Positions 15,755 to 24,936 of a stretch of DNA of 64,000 nt are shown here, in pieces. Each line of letters opens with the position of its first letter. Within the stretch, counting starts at the first letter, position 1. The notes beneath the pieces were generated by a model that was given only the letters and a program-made list of their open reading frames with translations, was not told where the DNA came from and did not search any database. The stretch spans positions 1 through 64,000 of the IMG/VR virus record IMGVR_UViG_3300011399_000001. One strand, written 5' to 3'. A program made the translations under genes and the position numbers. The stretch is from a virus. Its lineage: Duplodnaviria; Heunggongvirae; Uroviricota; Caudoviricetes.

Positions 15755-15835
15755 GTCAAGGTTCCAGAGTGGTTAAATGGACCTGTCTGCAAAACAGGTG
15801 AGAAATCTTCGGGTGTTCGAATCACCTCCTTGGCT
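15755..15835 (+). tRNA. tRNA-Cys(GCA)-like with an unusually long (about 12 nt) variable arm
   Basis: Acceptor GTCAAGG/CCTTGGC, anticodon stem CCTGT/ACAGG with loop CTGCAAA, T-arm GGGTG-TTCGAAT-CACCT; extra arm GAGAAATCTTC. Confidence 0.45.
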
Positions 15836-15848
15836 CTAAATAAAGGAT

Positions 15849-16040
15849 ATGGAATTAACATTAAAAGAATTTACAGGATGCAATGTATGCGGTAATAGTC
15901 TTGTGGAAATAAGAGGGAGGTTCCCTGGAGACCCTAAAAGGAAGGTTTGTCCCACTTGTGTATATGAAAGGTTGGAACAGATAAATGAGCTCAGTTCTCC
16001 ACATTATGGACATGCTTGTAAAGAGGTCAAACAAAATTAG
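15849..16040 (+). CDS. small zinc-ribbon protein (63 aa)
   Basis: CNVC ... CPTC, two CxxC pairs. Confidence 0.45.
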   Translation: MELTLKEFTGCNVCGNSLVEIRGRFPGDPKRKVCPTCVYERLEQINELSSPHYGHACKEVKQN

Positions 16041-16093
16041 GCATAATATAGCAATTAAATATAACTTCCCTTGTTAATTATAAAAATACCTCG

Positions 16094-16101
16094 TAAATTT
16101 G
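16094..16101 (+). promoter_or_regulatory. TAnnTTTG element (TAAATTTGTATTCA) 13 nt upstream of the 16115 start
   Basis: Matches the recurring TAnnTTTGTATT motif. Confidence 0.4.
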
Positions 16102-16114
16102 TATTCAATTACGT

Positions 16115-16471
16115 ATGGAGCAAGAAAAGAAAATAATAGCCAGTAGGATAAAGAAGCAGGAAAGCTCTCCATTAAGCCTAGCTACAAGGTGGTTTACAAT
16201 ACTATCAGCTATAGGAGATATGGGGCTTACAGAGAGGGAGATACAGCTTTTGGCCTTCATAGCTATTAAGGGGAACATCTCCTATTCTACCAATAGAGAA
16301 GAGTTTTGTACCACATATAAGAGCTCTTCAGCCACTATTAACAACATGATAAGCAAGCTTAAAAGAGCTTCTATATTAATCAATGAAGGGGGCAAGACTA
16401 AAATCAACCCCAGGATAGCAGTTAATTTTAATAATGATATTGTATTACAACTAACCTTATTACATGGATAA
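16115..16471 (+). CDS. hypothetical protein, possible HTH/DNA-binding protein (118 aa)
   Basis: ORF track; alpha-helical GLTEREIQLLAFIA segment; 8-nt overlap with the next gene. Confidence 0.5.
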   Translation: MEQEKKIIASRIKKQESSPLSLATRWFTILSAIGDMGLTEREIQLLAFIAIKGNISYSTNREEFCTTYKSSSATINNMISKLKRASILINEGGKTKINPRIAVNFNNDIVLQLTLLHG

Positions 16472-16826
16472 GCCTATTAAAATGTCTGTAAAAGACTACT
16501 TAATAAGGCTGCTTTCAATAAAGACAAATCAGCCAGTAAAGACAATTGAGGCTATTATTGACCATCAATTTCAGGGGGCTAATGATGCAATGAGAGCAAA
16601 TCAATCAGTGGAAATATCAGGGTTTGGGAAATTCTTATTTAATACTAAAAAAGCTCAAAAGAAACTAGAGAAGCAATATTCAAAAGAAAACACATTTAGG
16701 AATATACTAGAAAGACCAGATTTAACAGAAGCTAAAAGAAAGAGTGTCCAATTGAAGCTTGATAATACAATTAAAATGAAGGAGTGGTTAACTTTAAGAC
16801 TGAAGAAAGATGAGCAAGCTGTCTGA
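16464..16826 (+). CDS. divergent HU/IHF-like DNA-binding protein (120 aa)
   Basis: N-terminal helix-turn pattern followed by SVEISGFGKFLF, resembling the HU GFGxF arm base; the C-terminus is a K-rich helix instead of the RNPxT arm. Confidence 0.5.
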   Translation: MDKPIKMSVKDYLIRLLSIKTNQPVKTIEAIIDHQFQGANDAMRANQSVEISGFGKFLFNTKKAQKKLEKQYSKENTFRNILERPDLTEAKRKSVQLKLDNTIKMKEWLTLRLKKDEQAV

Positions 16827-17214
16827 ATATATAGCCCTCATTCCTAAGGCTCTTCCCAATACAATGGAAATTGTTTCAGGGATTGTGAAGGGAGTGGAAA
16901 TGAAATATAACACTTTACCTGAGGGAGAAAGAGCAGAGATTATAAAAAGGAGGTTAACATGTAAAGGGTGTCCTTTCAATAGTGAAAATGCAAAAACCTC
17001 CGAAGAATATAAAGAGCTTACAGGAAAACCCTACATTACTAAAAGAAAAGAAGAACATTGCTCCTTTTGTGGTTGCAATATAAATATGAGAACAGCTTCC
17101 CTCTCCTCCAGTTGTGGGGTAGAGACATGGAATAAAAATAACCCTGATAAACAACTTCCTTTAAAATGGACAATTTATGGACAAGGAGATAAAAATAAGG
17201 AGAGTTCCGATTGA
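16810..17214 (+). CDS. zinc-finger protein (134 aa)
   Basis: CKGC ... CSFCGC cysteine clusters. Confidence 0.45.
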   Translation: MSKLSEYIALIPKALPNTMEIVSGIVKGVEMKYNTLPEGERAEIIKRRLTCKGCPFNSENAKTSEEYKELTGKPYITKRKEEHCSFCGCNINMRTASLSSSCGVETWNKNNPDKQLPLKWTIYGQGDKNKESSD

Positions 17215-17443
17215 TAAGGTGTTGGACATCCTTCATCATTTATATCAGAATGGAGTGGATTTTGTGGACATTCATGGACATACAGAGGGGGATGTAGACG
17301 TATTAGGGGTGTCTTTTCAAAAGGAATATATGGACCCTGATTATTTAGAAGCCTTTGAAGAACTACATGAAGAAGACCTCTCTACAAAAGAAATTAATGT
17401 AAAACCATTGTCAGATGACGAATTAAACCAACTAATGCAATGA
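17177..17443 (+). CDS. hypothetical acidic protein (88 aa)
   Basis: ORF track; overlaps its neighbours. Confidence 0.4.
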   Translation: MDKEIKIRRVPIDKVLDILHHLYQNGVDFVDIHGHTEGDVDVLGVSFQKEYMDPDYLEAFEELHEEDLSTKEINVKPLSDDELNQLMQ

Positions 17444-17637
17444 CACCAGATCAAAAAGTACAAGCAACACAAACAGCCTTCATGATGGTGGAGAGACTAG
17501 CTACTCTATGTGCCACTCCAGGAATCAATCAAAAAACACAGGAACTAGCAAATGAACATATTCAAGCTCTCCTTTCAAGTGCTGTTAAAACAGCAGTACA
17601 AGAAACAGGAGCAAAAGGTGTGGGACTAATAGTATGA
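17440..17637 (+). CDS. hypothetical protein (65 aa)
   Basis: ORF track; ATGA-type overlap with both neighbours. Confidence 0.4.
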   Translation: MTPDQKVQATQTAFMMVERLATLCATPGINQKTQELANEHIQALLSSAVKTAVQETGAKGVGLIV

Positions 17638-17915
17638 AAACGAACAAACCAAATTACTACATAGAGGTGATAGAATCTCTCAAGGAACTGAAAACTTTGT
17701 TCCCAGATTATTCAATGGGAAAACACCTCTCAACAATCATTGATGAATATGGGGATATATGGGGGATAACAGACAAGGAGCTATCTTACGCCCTAAAGAA
17801 ATATAAAGCACAATTAGAAATGTATGTCCCTTCAAACGAAGAGGACATAGAAGATATTATAAAGGATGGGATGTCATTGTCTTCAACTTCCCTCCTGCAA
17901 AAAGACGAAGAATAG
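17634..17915 (+). CDS. hypothetical protein (93 aa)
   Basis: ORF track. Confidence 0.45.
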   Translation: MKTNKPNYYIEVIESLKELKTLFPDYSMGKHLSTIIDEYGDIWGITDKELSYALKKYKAQLEMYVPSNEEDIEDIIKDGMSLSSTSLLQKDEE

Positions 17916-17938
17916 AAGGCTTTTTTAATTAACTACAT

Positions 17939-18109
17939 ATGGTAAAATCATTGGAAAGAGATTTCCTAGACCTTCCTTCAGAAGAAGTGGATAAAATAAT
18001 TCATTCTCAAGCAATGAGTAAATTTGAAAAATTGATTGATGATGTTCCTGAATGTTCAGATGAATGTGAAATACTAGATAAAATAGAAAATGGCAAAGAA
18101 ACAGAATAA
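17939..18109 (+). CDS. hypothetical small acidic protein (56 aa; below the track cutoff)
   Basis: My own translation gives MVKSLERDFLDLPSEEVDKIIHSQAMSKFEKLIDDVPECSDECEILDKIENGKETE. Confidence 0.3.
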   Translation: MVKSLERDFLDLPSEEVDKIIHSQAMSKFEKLIDDVPECSDECEILDKIENGKETE

Positions 18110-18422
18110 CTATGTATCAACAGAACTAGATTGGGCAGAAGAACAGCTTGCTACCTGGAGAGCTTATGTAGATGCCAACCCTTTAGACAAACTTAAAGAT
18201 AGGATTGAAAACAAACCAACCGCTAGAGGAGGTGTTATACCAATGGTGGTGTCTTCTATTGAACAGCAGGGAAAGTTTATACAGGATACAATGAAAAACT
18301 ATCTTTCTCTTTTAGAGATTGTTAACAATTTAAGAGAAAAAGAAGAGGCTAAGAAAGTAGAGATTAGGGGAAAAGGAGAGCTGTCAGGACAAGCTGCTAA
18401 TTTCTTAAATACTAGAAAATGA
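18090..18422 (+). CDS. candidate terminase small subunit (110 aa)
   Basis: Position only: ATGA overlap with the large terminase gene directly downstream; no motif. Confidence 0.35.
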   Translation: MAKKQNNYVSTELDWAEEQLATWRAYVDANPLDKLKDRIENKPTARGGVIPMVVSSIEQQGKFIQDTMKNYLSLLEIVNNLREKEEAKKVEIRGKGELSGQAANFLNTRK

Positions 18423-20464
18423 TAAAAGAACTAGCTGATTTAAAGGATGTTAAATCAATAGATTATAAGGATTGGTTAATAAATCAGAAAAGGCTTCCAG
18501 ATAAGACTTCTCAGGAATATGAAGCATTTTTTGAATTTCATAAAGAACTTTGTCTTAATGGAGCTATGGTTAATGGGGTGTACTTCAACCCCTTTTTGTA
18601 TTGGCACCTTAATATGTGGCATACAGAAGTGGATGTTATAGATGATAAGGGAAGAATAAGCCAACCATACAAAAACCCTCTTCTAAGAGATAATGAATGG
18701 ATAATTACAGAAGCCATAGAAAGAGCTCACAAGGAAAAGAAAGGACTTGCTATTGGTGGTATAAGGCGTTTAGCTAAATCAGTAATAGAAGCTTCATATA
18801 TAGGATGGGGAGCCACCCTTGACCAAAACTCACAGAATGTTATATCTGGTTTGAATGCAGCAGATATAAAACTTATCACTGATAAATTAGACAAAGGGCT
18901 AAACTTTGTCCCTGAATATTACAGATGGCAAAGGGTTGAAGATAATTGGAAAAATCAAGTAACCCTAGGAATAAAGACAAGAGCAGGAGAACGTATCCCA
19001 TTCTCCTACATCCTTATCAGGAACTTAGATGAGGGAAATAATGAAGAGGTTATTGCAGGAACAAAGCCAAGGAAACTAATTATAGATGAAGGAGGAAAAG
19101 GACCTTTTCTAGGAGGATTGAATGCTGCCAAGCCAGGTTTCACTACACCTTTTGGTTGGGCATGTTCTCCAATAGTTACATTTACAGGAGGAGATATGAC
19201 TAAGTTTCAGGATGCTAAAACTCTAATGTTTGATGTTGGAGCTTATAACTTCCTTGAATACAATAGTAAGGATGATACTAAGAGAGTGCATGGACTATTC
19301 TTTAGCCATAAGTATAGACTAGAGGGAAAGAAGGATTCTACACTAGGAGACTACCTTAATAGTCCAAACCCTGCATTAAAACAAATACCAATGCAAGTGA
19401 GCGATGAAGCACTTGCTACAAAGGTAACAGATGAGAATCTAATAATGGCTAAAAAGGCTGGAGATAGAAAAGCCTATTTAAAGGAAAAAATGTACTACCC
19501 TAAAACTGTAGATGACATTTTCCTTAATGAAAATACAAACATATTTGATATAGAGGCAGCTCAAAGACAGAAAGCTCGTCTTTTACAACAGGGAAGAACA
19601 GGTACTCCTGTTATTCTTTTTGCTTCAGAAACAGGAATTGGACATCAATTTACAGACAAGATGCCCATTTCCAATTTTCCATTAAAACCAAATGATGACA
19701 AGGATGCTCCTGTTGTCATATTAGAATTTCCAATAGCTGGTGCTATCTATGGACTTAATGTAGCAGGTGTTGACCCTTATAGGCAAGGAAAGGCTAAATA
19801 TAGTGATTCCTTAGGAGCCATATATATATACAAAAGAATGCATGACATTACTGGTGAGAAATACCAAGATATGTTTGTTGCTTATTATGTAGCTAGACCA
19901 GATGATAAAAAGAAATGGGAGGAACAAGCTAGACTCCTTATAAAATTCTATAATGCTCGTACCTTATGTGAAAATGATGATATATCATTTATAGAGCACA
20001 TGAAGGCTACCAATAATTCTCATTATTTAGAGAAACAACCTGATTGGTTAAAAGAAATAGTCCCTAACACAACTGTTAGTAGAGATTTTGGGGTACATCG
20101 TTCTTCTGACAAAATTGTAGACTTCTTACATGGTTGTTTAAAAAGATATACAGAAGAAATTATATTTGAAGAGAAGGATAAAGAGGGAAATGTTATTAGA
20201 CAGGTAACAGGAATGAGTAAAATTCTAGACCCTATGTTATTGGAGGAGATGATTCAATATAATGAGGATGGAAACTTTGATCGTATTGTAGCAGCAGAAC
20301 TTGCTTTAGCACAAGCCTATAAAATGGCCCCTATATATGGGAAGGCCACAGATAAACCAGATGATAGGGCTGCTTCTTTAGCAAAGAAACAAAAAGTAAA
20401 AAGTTTATTTCCCTCCCACAATCAGGGACTTTTTAAGAAATCAGAACGTAAATTATTCAGATAA
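18419..20464 (+). CDS. terL: terminase large subunit (681 aa)
   Basis: Walker A-like GGIRRLAKS, Walker B LIIDE, C-terminal RNaseH-like nuclease acidic residues (GVDPYRQG...); lies directly upstream of the portal with a TAATG overlap. Confidence 0.65.
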   Translation: MIKELADLKDVKSIDYKDWLINQKRLPDKTSQEYEAFFEFHKELCLNGAMVNGVYFNPFLYWHLNMWHTEVDVIDDKGRISQPYKNPLLRDNEWIITEAIERAHKEKKGLAIGGIRRLAKSVIEASYIGWGATLDQNSQNVISGLNAADIKLITDKLDKGLNFVPEYYRWQRVEDNWKNQVTLGIKTRAGERIPFSYILIRNLDEGNNEEVIAGTKPRKLIIDEGGKGPFLGGLNAAKPGFTTPFGWACSPIVTFTGGDMTKFQDAKTLMFDVGAYNFLEYNSKDDTKRVHGLFFSHKYRLEGKKDSTLGDYLNSPNPALKQIPMQVSDEALATKVTDENLIMAKKAGDRKAYLKEKMYYPKTVDDIFLNENTNIFDIEAAQRQKARLLQQGRTGTPVILFASETGIGHQFTDKMPISNFPLKPNDDKDAPVVILEFPIAGAIYGLNVAGVDPYRQGKAKYSDSLGAIYIYKRMHDITGEKYQDMFVAYYVARPDDKKKWEEQARLLIKFYNARTLCENDDISFIEHMKATNNSHYLEKQPDWLKEIVPNTTVSRDFGVHRSSDKIVDFLHGCLKRYTEEIIFEEKDKEGNVIRQVTGMSKILDPMLLEEMIQYNEDGNFDRIVAAELALAQAYKMAPIYGKATDKPDDRAASLAKKQKVKSLFPSHNQGLFKKSERKLFR

Positions 20465-23058
20465 TGGCTATTATTAGACATACAAAAGACGAAAATATAA
20501 GGTATGCTTATTTAAACATATTTCCAGATCAGTTTAAAACTGAGAAGGAGAAGCAAAATGATTCATGGGTGAAAAACACTATGGATTATTTTTCTAATAA
20601 AGCTTATGCTGAATATGTAAGAAATAGAGAAACTTTCGTTAAAAATTATGACCTTGTAAAAGGAATTTTAAGGAGAGAAGATTTTTATGAAGAACCTGCT
20701 GTAAAGAGTTTTACAGAGATGTTGACAGAAGACCTTGATCTTCCTGCATATGTAAAACATTATTCTATTATCACAACCCCCTTAAATGAGCTTGTAGGGG
20801 AAATATCTAAAAGACCAGATAATTATAAAATAAAAGCTTTTGATGATGACTCCAAATCTGAGGAGTTGGAATATAAGACACAAATTCTACAGGATTATAT
20901 AGTATCTGCTGCAAGACAGAAAATACAACAAAAACTAGCTTTACAAGGAGAAGAGATAACAGAAGAAGAACTTCAACAACTTACATTAGAAGAGGTAAAG
21001 GATGACCTTGATAGCTACACCTCTATAGCTGAAAAATGGGCCAATCACACTCTTACTTGTATAAAGGCAGACTTCAACCTTAAAGAAAAGAGTGAGGATG
21101 CCTTTAGAGATATGGGAATTACAGCAAGGGAATACTACCATATTTACGAGGATAATTCTAAGACAGGTTTTGATATAGAAGTATCCAACCCTAAGAATAC
21201 TTGGAAGCTTACTACCCCTGATAAGAAATATATATCAGACCCTTCAGGTAGAAGCAAAGGAGCTTATGCTGCTGGTACTGTGCATGTTATGGAGATTTCT
21301 GAAATTATAGAGGCTTGTTCAGATATTACAAAGGATGAAATTGATCACTTAAGACTAGCCCTTCAGGATTACGGACTTATCAATGTAAGGGAATCCAACC
21401 TTTTCAATGGCATTACCCCAGGGATTAATTCTATTACATATGACACCTATGACCCTTTAGTATTGCAGGAGAGAATGTTAATAGAAAGTGAGCTGAAGGA
21501 AAACAATGACTCTTTAAGAGATTTCCTTGGCCTCACTTCTAACGTTTCTGCTTTTGGGTATAAATATGTAGTGGTAAGGGCTTATTGGATAAGTAAGAAG
21601 AAAATAGGGAAAGTGACATATATAGATGAGCTTGGAAATGAGCAATCTATGTTAGTGGACGAAGATTATAAGGCAGGTACTATTCCTACAGAAATAGACC
21701 TAACTTGGGGATGGGTGAATCAATGGTATCAGGGAATGAAAATAGGACCAGACATCTACCATGTTAAACCTTTCAAATTACTAGACTATTGTCCTATTAT
21801 AGGGATGGACTATGAAATAAAAAATACAGAAGTTCGCTCTCTGGTGGATATGATGAAGCCTTTTCAGGTACTTTATAATGTCTGCATGAACCAAATGTTC
21901 GACCTTTTAAAGAAAGAAATAGGGAACGTAGCCACTATTAATATAAGAAGAATTCCTAGAGTGAAGGATGGAGATGCTCAGGATGATATTGATATATGGG
22001 AAATGGAGGCTAGAAACAGGGGTATTATGTTTGATGATGATAGTCCTGAAAATACCAAAGCTCCTGTCACCAACACCTCTGTAGCCAAGAATGTAGACCT
22101 TACAAGAACACAAGAAATGCAGGGACGCTATAATCTTGCTGTTCAGCTTAAAAACGAATGTTGGGAATTGATAGGAATGAGTAAACAAAGAATGGGAAGT
22201 GTATCTCCTTCAGAGTCTGCTACAGGAACCAATAATGCTGTACAAATGAGTTATTCTCAAACAGAACCAATGTTTGTAGCTCATGAATATGTATTAGGAC
22301 AACTATATCAGGCTATTATAGATGCTTCGCTTTATATAGAAAGTCAGAAGCCAGAATCCACCCTTTCTTATATCACCTCTCAGGGAGAATCTGCTTTTGT
22401 ACAGGTAAATGGAACTGACCTTAAATTAAGAGACCTTAAAGTGTTTCCTACCAACCGTCCTGAAGATAAGAAACTATTTGAAGAACTTAGACTGTTGGCT
22501 CAACCAGCTATGCAGAACGGAGCTTCATTATACGATATTGTAGAGCTTTATGCTACAGATAGTATTAGACAAATGAAGAAAACCTTCAAAGTCCTTAAAG
22601 ATAGACAGGAAGAGTTTCAAAACACTGCTCAACAACAAGAACAGCAACAACTTACTCAAAATGCTGAAATTGCCCAAGCTCAATTGGCTCAACAACAATA
22701 TGAGAAAGAGCAGGAATTGGCTCACGAAGACTATCAAAAAGAACTGGACCGTATTAATAAGAAGGAGATTGCCATCATCCAAAGCCTAGGTTTTGGTAAA
22801 GTGGAGGGAGAGGATACCAACCAGAACCAAATATTCGATGTTTTGGAAAGTAACAATCTTTCTTTTGAAAGAGACAAAGCCTCAAAGGACCATAATATCA
22901 AGCTTTTAGAGGTTCAAAATAAGAATAAGGCTGATGAAAGGAAGTTGAAATTAGATGAGGAAAAGCTTAAGGTGGAAAGAGAGAATATGGTTAACGACCT
23001 TCAAATTGCCAGAATAAACGCTAAGAATAAGAACAAGAAACCAGCTAAAAAGAAATAA
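20464..23058 (+). CDS. portal protein (864 aa) with a Q/K/E-rich C-terminal coiled-coil tail
   Basis: Size and position directly after terL with a translational-coupling overlap; C-terminal 150 aa are low-complexity QQQEQQQ.../K-rich. Confidence 0.6.
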   Translation: MAIIRHTKDENIRYAYLNIFPDQFKTEKEKQNDSWVKNTMDYFSNKAYAEYVRNRETFVKNYDLVKGILRREDFYEEPAVKSFTEMLTEDLDLPAYVKHYSIITTPLNELVGEISKRPDNYKIKAFDDDSKSEELEYKTQILQDYIVSAARQKIQQKLALQGEEITEEELQQLTLEEVKDDLDSYTSIAEKWANHTLTCIKADFNLKEKSEDAFRDMGITAREYYHIYEDNSKTGFDIEVSNPKNTWKLTTPDKKYISDPSGRSKGAYAAGTVHVMEISEIIEACSDITKDEIDHLRLALQDYGLINVRESNLFNGITPGINSITYDTYDPLVLQERMLIESELKENNDSLRDFLGLTSNVSAFGYKYVVVRAYWISKKKIGKVTYIDELGNEQSMLVDEDYKAGTIPTEIDLTWGWVNQWYQGMKIGPDIYHVKPFKLLDYCPIIGMDYEIKNTEVRSLVDMMKPFQVLYNVCMNQMFDLLKKEIGNVATINIRRIPRVKDGDAQDDIDIWEMEARNRGIMFDDDSPENTKAPVTNTSVAKNVDLTRTQEMQGRYNLAVQLKNECWELIGMSKQRMGSVSPSESATGTNNAVQMSYSQTEPMFVAHEYVLGQLYQAIIDASLYIESQKPESTLSYITSQGESAFVQVNGTDLKLRDLKVFPTNRPEDKKLFEELRLLAQPAMQNGASLYDIVELYATDSIRQMKKTFKVLKDRQEEFQNTAQQQEQQQLTQNAEIAQAQLAQQQYEKEQELAHEDYQKELDRINKKEIAIIQSLGFGKVEGEDTNQNQIFDVLESNNLSFERDKASKDHNIKLLEVQNKNKADERKLKLDEEKLKVERENMVNDLQIARINAKNKNKKPAKKK

Positions 23059-23059
23059 C

Positions 23060-23575
23060 ATGTTTGATAAACTGATAGATTTCTTAATTGACATTATAGA
23101 ACTCTTCAGGTTCTTTTGGGTTATTCGACAATGGGAAAGAGGTATTGTTTTAAGACTAGGGAAGTGGACAGGAAAGGTATTAGAGCCAGGACTACATTTC
23201 ATCTGGCCTCTGGCAATAGATGAGGTTAGTACAATAGACATCATTCCATCTGTTGCAGAACTGGATAGTCAGACAATTGTAACAAAGGACAAGGTGGTGG
23301 TGGTTGTACAAGCCTTAATTAAATATGAGGTGGTAAGACCTGAAATATGCCTAATAGAGGTGGCTAATGAAATAGACGCTGTAAAGGAGTTTACACAAGG
23401 AGCTATTCATAGTGTAATAGTCGATTTAGATTATTCCACTGCTAATGTCAAAGATATAGAGGCTAAGATAAAAGAGGTGGCCAGGAAAGAGGTTATTAAA
23501 TGGGGAATCAAAATTCATTCTGTTGTAATAAAGAGTTTTGGAAAAATGATTTCTGTAAGACTTATGAATAGTTAA
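23060..23575 (+). CDS. SPFH/band-7 domain protein (171 aa)
   Basis: RQWERGIVLRLGK...LEPGLHFIWPLAIDEV...TKDKVVVVVQALIKYEVV...WGIKIHSVVIKS follows the SPFH (stomatin/prohibitin/HflKC) domain consensus. Confidence 0.6.
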   Translation: MFDKLIDFLIDIIELFRFFWVIRQWERGIVLRLGKWTGKVLEPGLHFIWPLAIDEVSTIDIIPSVAELDSQTIVTKDKVVVVVQALIKYEVVRPEICLIEVANEIDAVKEFTQGAIHSVIVDLDYSTANVKDIEAKIKEVARKEVIKWGIKIHSVVIKSFGKMISVRLMNS

Positions 23576-23670
23576 CAAAATTCATTAAGTAAAATCAATC
23601 TTAATGCTATATTATTCTAAAAAACCAAGGTTTTCATACGAATTCTCTTCGTTATTAACTTAAAACATTC

Positions 23671-23678
23671 TAATTTTG
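23671..23678 (+). promoter_or_regulatory. TAnnTTTG element (TAATTTTGTATTA) 29 nt upstream of the scaffold-like gene
   Basis: Recurring motif. Confidence 0.4.
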
Positions 23679-23707
23679 TATTAAATACCAACGAAAAAAA
23701 CTACATT

Positions 23708-24916
23708 ATGGCTGAAAAAGACAATCCTTTTGGGAACTTTAGCATTGACAATGCTGAAATGAACTCTGGAAACCAAGAATTATTAACTAGCTTCTTAGAT
23801 GATACTGCTCCTGAAGAAATAGTACCTATTACCTCCAAGGAAACTACAAAGAAACCTGAAGAGAAGAAAAAGGCTCCTATTGTTAAAAAGGACGAAGAAG
23901 AAGACCTCACCAAGAGGTCTATTGAAGAATTAGATATTCACGAGGAGGAGGAGGAGGAGGAAGAACCTCTTAAAAAACCTGTTAAAAAAGACGAGGAATC
24001 AGAAGAGGAGGAAGAGGAGGAAGACCCTAAAAAAGCTTCTACATTTGCTGTTATAAGCAAAGAACTCTTTAATCATGGAATCTTTACAAAGGACGAAGAA
24101 GAGGAAGATGTTGAAATCAACACTCCTGAGGACTTTTTGGAAAGGTTTAATTATGAGAAGAAAAAAGGAGCACAAATCATGGTGGAGAATTACATCTCTA
24201 GATTTGGACCTGATTATCAACAAGCTTTTCAAGCCATATTTGAAAATGGAGTGCCTCCAAGAGAATACTTGGCAAGTTATACAAAAATTGAAAATTTAGC
24301 AGAAATCGACCTTACACAAGAAGCTAATCAGATTGCTGTTATTAAACAAGGACTTGCAGAACAAGGATATGAAGAGGACGACATCACCACAGAACTAGAG
24401 AGACTTAAAAACTATCAAGACCTTGAGAAAGTAGCTAAAACCCATCATAAGGTGTTAGTGAAAAAAGAGGGGGATAAATTAGTCAAACTTGAAGAGGAGA
24501 GTCAAAACAAACAAAGACAATTAGCAGCTTCCAGACAACAATACATTAAAAATGTCCAAGCTGTATTACAAGAAAAACTAAAAACGAAGGATTTTGACGG
24601 AATTCCTGTAAATCAGGGACTTTTGGCAGAAACACAAAACTTCCTATTACAGGAAAAATACAAAACTCCAGCAGGGGAAACTTTAACAGATTTTGATAAA
24701 TTTGTTTTAGACCTTAAACGTCCAGAGAATCATGTGTTGAAAGTGAAGGTTGGTCTGCTGTTTAAAATCCTAGAAAAAGACCCTACCCTTTCAACAATTA
24801 AGAAAGCAGGTCTGACACAGAAATCAAATGGTTTATTTGAAGAGTTGGCTAGAAAAACCTCAAAAAGTTCTAACAAATCAGAAAAATCATCTAGTAGATC
24901 ATTCAATAATTTATAA
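23708..24916 (+). CDS. acidic scaffold-like protein with poly-Glu tracts (402 aa)
   Basis: EEEEEEEE runs and coiled-coil K/E-rich sequence; sits between the portal and the candidate capsid gene. Confidence 0.5.
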   Translation: MAEKDNPFGNFSIDNAEMNSGNQELLTSFLDDTAPEEIVPITSKETTKKPEEKKKAPIVKKDEEEDLTKRSIEELDIHEEEEEEEEPLKKPVKKDEESEEEEEEEDPKKASTFAVISKELFNHGIFTKDEEEEDVEINTPEDFLERFNYEKKKGAQIMVENYISRFGPDYQQAFQAIFENGVPPREYLASYTKIENLAEIDLTQEANQIAVIKQGLAEQGYEEDDITTELERLKNYQDLEKVAKTHHKVLVKKEGDKLVKLEEESQNKQRQLAASRQQYIKNVQAVLQEKLKTKDFDGIPVNQGLLAETQNFLLQEKYKTPAGETLTDFDKFVLDLKRPENHVLKVKVGLLFKILEKDPTLSTIKKAGLTQKSNGLFEELARKTSKSSNKSEKSSSRSFNNL

Positions 24917-24936
24917 AATAAAATCTAAACTTTAAT

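Noticed and set aside
18090-18422. Assigning the 110-aa ORF upstream of terL as the small terminase
   Set aside because: Not fully rejected: it is kept at low confidence because the call is purely positional, and the neighbouring small ORFs (17634..17915, 17939..18109) are equally plausible.
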